42,319 nucleotides of DNA from Paraburkholderia sp. (GTDB lineage Bacteria; Pseudomonadota; Gammaproteobacteria; Burkholderiales; Burkholderiaceae): the NCBI GenBank assembly GCA_036514415.1, contig DATBXG010000117.1, positions 1-42,319 of the forward strand, in the 5' to 3' direction. Under the pieces are notes generated by a model. It did not search any database and had not been told where the DNA came from. It was given only the letters and a program-made list of their open reading frames with translations. Position numbers and translations under genes: made by a program. This document shows, in pieces, positions 38,651-42,319 of this stretch (position 1 is its first letter; each line of letters starts with the position of its first letter).

Positions 38651-38896
38651 AAACAGGTAGCCGTCGTTGCCATCGATGTGAATTTCAGTTTCGCCGAGTT
38701 CGCCGGCGTCCGCACGTTTGATCGCGCTTGCCAGCCGATGTTCGAGCGCGTGAATCTGCGGGCGGTCCTTGGGGTAGTAATCGAAGTGGACCATCATGGC
38801 CGGCCCAGGCGGCCTCTGTGCTTCTTGCGCAGCCGCGCTGCCCGCGGCCAGGGCGATGACCAGCAACGTGGCGATCGTTTTTCTGCTTGTCGGCAT
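38651..38896 (-). pseudogene. Probably truncated exported protein gene
   Basis: Signal peptide and a globular-looking N-terminus (MVHFDY..LEHRL..AI....GEL...EI..DG.DGYLF), then an abrupt junction to AT-rich unrelated DNA. Confidence 0.5.
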
Positions 38897-38989
38897 GGGG
38901 CGTTGTCGTCCGCGAAACAATGGCGTGATTCTCCGTGAAGCCGGAAGGCGCGTCGAGCGTGAAGCGCCTCGCCGGCCACACCTTTGCCC

Positions 38990-39388
38990 CTAGCTGCGCG
39001 TGTACTTTCGAATTGCTTCTGGCGTCACGGGCGTGAAGAGATTGACGAGGTTGCCATCCGGATCGCGAAAGAGCAGTGAGCGATTGCCCCAAGGCTGGGT
39101 TGTCGGGCGCTGCACAAACTGGGCGACCACTGTTTCGAGCTTGCGGCAGGCCTCGTCGACATCCTGCACGCGAAACTCGATGATGACGGACTGATTGCGC
39201 CCGGCAATGGCGGCGCCCGCGCCGAACATGTCCATGGTGCGCCTGCTGCCAATGGCCAGTGCGGAGGAGGCCGTTGAAAGCTCCGCGAACTCGTCTGTGT
39301 ACCAGGTCGCGGTAAGTCCGATTGCTTCGTAGAATTCAACGAGTCGTTTGACGTCGTCGGTAATGATGCGGGTGGAAACGAAATCCAT
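38990..39388 (-). CDS. VOC / glyoxalase family protein
   Basis: DVKRLVEFY, IEFRVQDVD, PWGNRSLLFRDPDGNLVN; GGAGG SD. Confidence 0.92.
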   Translation of the reverse strand: MDFVSTRIITDDVKRLVEFYEAIGLTATWYTDEFAELSTASSALAIGSRRTMDMFGAGAAIAGRNQSVIIEFRVQDVDEACRKLETVVAQFVQRPTTQPWGNRSLLFRDPDGNLVNLFTPVTPEAIRKYTRS

Positions 39389-39447
39389 CTTGCCCTCCGT
39401 CGGTTGTGGCGGTGTCGGTTAAACTGCGTTCGCATCCTACTGAAGGC

Positions 39448-39471
39448 CTGCTGCCACCGTTTTGTCAGCAG
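39448..39471. promoter_or_regulatory. Putative operator of the WYL regulator
   Basis: Near-perfect palindrome CTGCTGCCA-N6-TGTCAGCAG between the divergent VOC and YafY genes. Confidence 0.6.
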
Positions 39472-39523
39472 CGAACCCGGCGGATCGAACGAATCCAGCG
39501 ACTCCAGCAAATACCGCAGCGCC

Positions 39524-40231
39524 ATGCGCCGATCCGACCGACTTTTCCAAATCATCCAGATCCTGCGGCGCTCGAAGCGCCCCGTCACCGCGAGCCGCCT
39601 GGCCGAGGAACTGGAGGTGTCCTTGCGGACGGTGTATCGCGACGTCGCCGATCTGATGGCCCAGCGGGTTCCGATACGCGGCGAGGCGGGGCTGGGCTAC
39701 GTGCTCGATCGCCACTACGACATGCCCCCGCTCATGCTCACGCCGGACGAACTCGAAGCGGCCGTGCTGGGCGCGCAATGGGTGGCGGAGCGCGGCGATC
39801 CCGCGCTGGCGAGAGCCTCGCGCGACCTAATCGCGAAGATCGCGACGGTGGTTCCGGAACAGCTGCGTCCCTTCGTTGCGGAGCCGACGGTCGGCGCGCC
39901 GCCGCCGCTCACGTCGCCAGCCAGCACGGGCGGACTGGACTTCGCGCAGCTGCGGGAGTGGATTCGCGCGGGACGCAAACTGCGTATGCGTTACCGCGAC
40001 GAGCGCGGACGCGTAAGCGAGCGCACCGTGTGGCCCGTGCTCATTGGCTATGCCGACACGGTCCGGCTGCTGGCGGCCTGGTGCGAGGAGCGCCAGGCAT
40101 TTCGTCACTTCAGGACTGACCGGATCATCGAAGCCAGCTTTCTCGACGAGCGGCACGGGCAGCGTCGCGGCGAACTCGTGGCGCGGTGGAAGCGGTACAT
40201 GAAAAAGGAGCGTGGCCTGGATCTGCTCTAG
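39524..40231 (+). CDS. YafY-like HTH-WYL transcriptional regulator
   Basis: MRRSDRLFQI, LAEELEVSLRTVYRD, AWCE.R..FRHFRTDRI. Confidence 0.93.
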   Translation: MRRSDRLFQIIQILRRSKRPVTASRLAEELEVSLRTVYRDVADLMAQRVPIRGEAGLGYVLDRHYDMPPLMLTPDELEAAVLGAQWVAERGDPALARASRDLIAKIATVVPEQLRPFVAEPTVGAPPPLTSPASTGGLDFAQLREWIRAGRKLRMRYRDERGRVSERTVWPVLIGYADTVRLLAAWCEERQAFRHFRTDRIIEASFLDERHGQRRGELVARWKRYMKKERGLDLL

Positions 40232-40261
40232 CGGATCGGCCAACGGCTGCCCGGGTTGCGC

Positions 40262-41131
40262 TCACAACATCGGCAGCATGAGCCGGATGTGCTCCGCAAA
40301 CGCCGCCGTGAGGTGCGATGGCCGCTTGCGCCCGAATTTCACCGTAATGCCGACGGCAGGCAAGGAGGGCAGTGCGGGGTCGCCATTGAGAATCGCCAGG
40401 TCCGGCGGCACGGCAGTCTGCGTCATGACGGCGAAGGCCTGCCCCGAGCGCACGAGCGCGGTGAGACCCGCGAGACTGCTGCTCGCATACGCGACCCGGT
40501 AGGCTCTGCCCGCGTGCTCCAGGACTTCGCAGGCCGCAATGTGGTCGAGCGTGTCCGGATCGGAAAGCGCCAGCGGCAACGGGTCGAAGTGCGCGGAATC
40601 GAGCCCGGGTGAGCCGATCCAGACCAGTTGCTCGCGGCGAATGATCTCGTCGTCCGGACGGCCTCCGGCAGGTTCGTCCACCACCGAGACCATGGCGAGG
40701 TCCACCGCGCGCTTCTCCAGTTGTTCGATGAGGCGCGGCGTGGGAACGCAAACGACCTCCACGAGCGCATGCGGGTGCTGGCTCGAAAACTGTCGCAGCA
40801 ATGAGGGGAGGAATGCGGCGGCATAGTCGTCGGGGCAGCCGAAACGAATGGTGCCCGACAAGCCCTTGCCGCAAAGGTCGGCCATCGCCTCGTCGTGCAG
40901 CCGCAGCATGCGCTGCGCGTGGATCAGCAGGCGCTCGCCGGGATTCGTGAGGGCGACGCCGCGGCCGGTGCGCTGAAAGAGCGGCTGATCGACGATTTCC
41001 TCCAGCCGCTTCATCTGCTGGCTCAGCGCCGACTGGGTGCGGCCAACCCGCTCGGCCGCGCGGCTTAGCGAGCGCACTTCCGCAATGACGGCAAACGAAC
41101 GGAGCAGATCGATTTCGAGTGGACGGCTCAA
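40262..41131 (-). CDS. dgdR: LysR family regulator, DgdR-like
   Basis: LysR HTH (DLLRSF..SLSRAAERVGRTQSALSQQMKRLE), divergent from dgdA. Start at TTG 41131 or ATG 41158. Confidence 0.75.
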   Translation of the reverse strand: MSRPLEIDLLRSFAVIAEVRSLSRAAERVGRTQSALSQQMKRLEEIVDQPLFQRTGRGVALTNPGERLLIHAQRMLRLHDEAMADLCGKGLSGTIRFGCPDDYAAAFLPSLLRQFSSQHPHALVEVVCVPTPRLIEQLEKRAVDLAMVSVVDEPAGGRPDDEIIRREQLVWIGSPGLDSAHFDPLPLALSDPDTLDHIAACEVLEHAGRAYRVAYASSSLAGLTALVRSGQAFAVMTQTAVPPDLAILNGDPALPSLPAVGITVKFGRKRPSHLTAAFAEHIRLMLPML

Positions 41132-41197
41132 GATATTAGCCTCGCTTTTAGCTCGCATAAGAACTATTCGATTCTATGAAACCAGAGCGCCGGCTAG

Positions 41198-42319
<1,122 letters not shown>

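Overview
GC-rich Burkholderiaceae (Paraburkholderia-like) chromosomal window. It opens with the 3' end of a 5S rRNA gene and its terminator, an orphan glycosyltransferase, and a stand-alone RpoD paralogue with no dnaG next to it. Next come small genes: two methyltransferases, a GFA protein, and a divergent HTH / unknown-protein / small helical-protein module whose HTH gene looks leaderless. A decayed bcsG fragment and an orphan Fur box follow. A gallate-type catabolic cluster (galBCD, double-HTH galR, a GntR regulator) has its gallate dioxygenase split into separate beta and alpha genes. After it lie an LhgO-like oxidase with an ABM protein, a sigma54/NtrC-type nasTS nitrate sensor pair, SulP and a Zn alcohol dehydrogenase. 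From about 21.6 to 39.4 kb is a mosaic accessory region with IS30 and IS3 end relics and pseudogenes. It carries a Tat flavin amine oxidoreductase with cytochrome c, a YddA-type ABC transporter, a sigma54-driven EAL-HDOD protein, a BON protein, a phosphoesterase, ArsR-SRPBCC, a cobalamin-riboswitch NiCoT transporter and VOC/WYL. The window ends in dgdR-dgdA (dialkylglycine decarboxylase, running off the edge). All calls come from motif reading and recalled family knowledge; no searches were run. Best novelty candidates are the HTH/unknown-protein module, the split gallate dioxygenase, the Fur-box and 3'-UTR sRNA candidates, and the IS30-end-bounded cargo segments.
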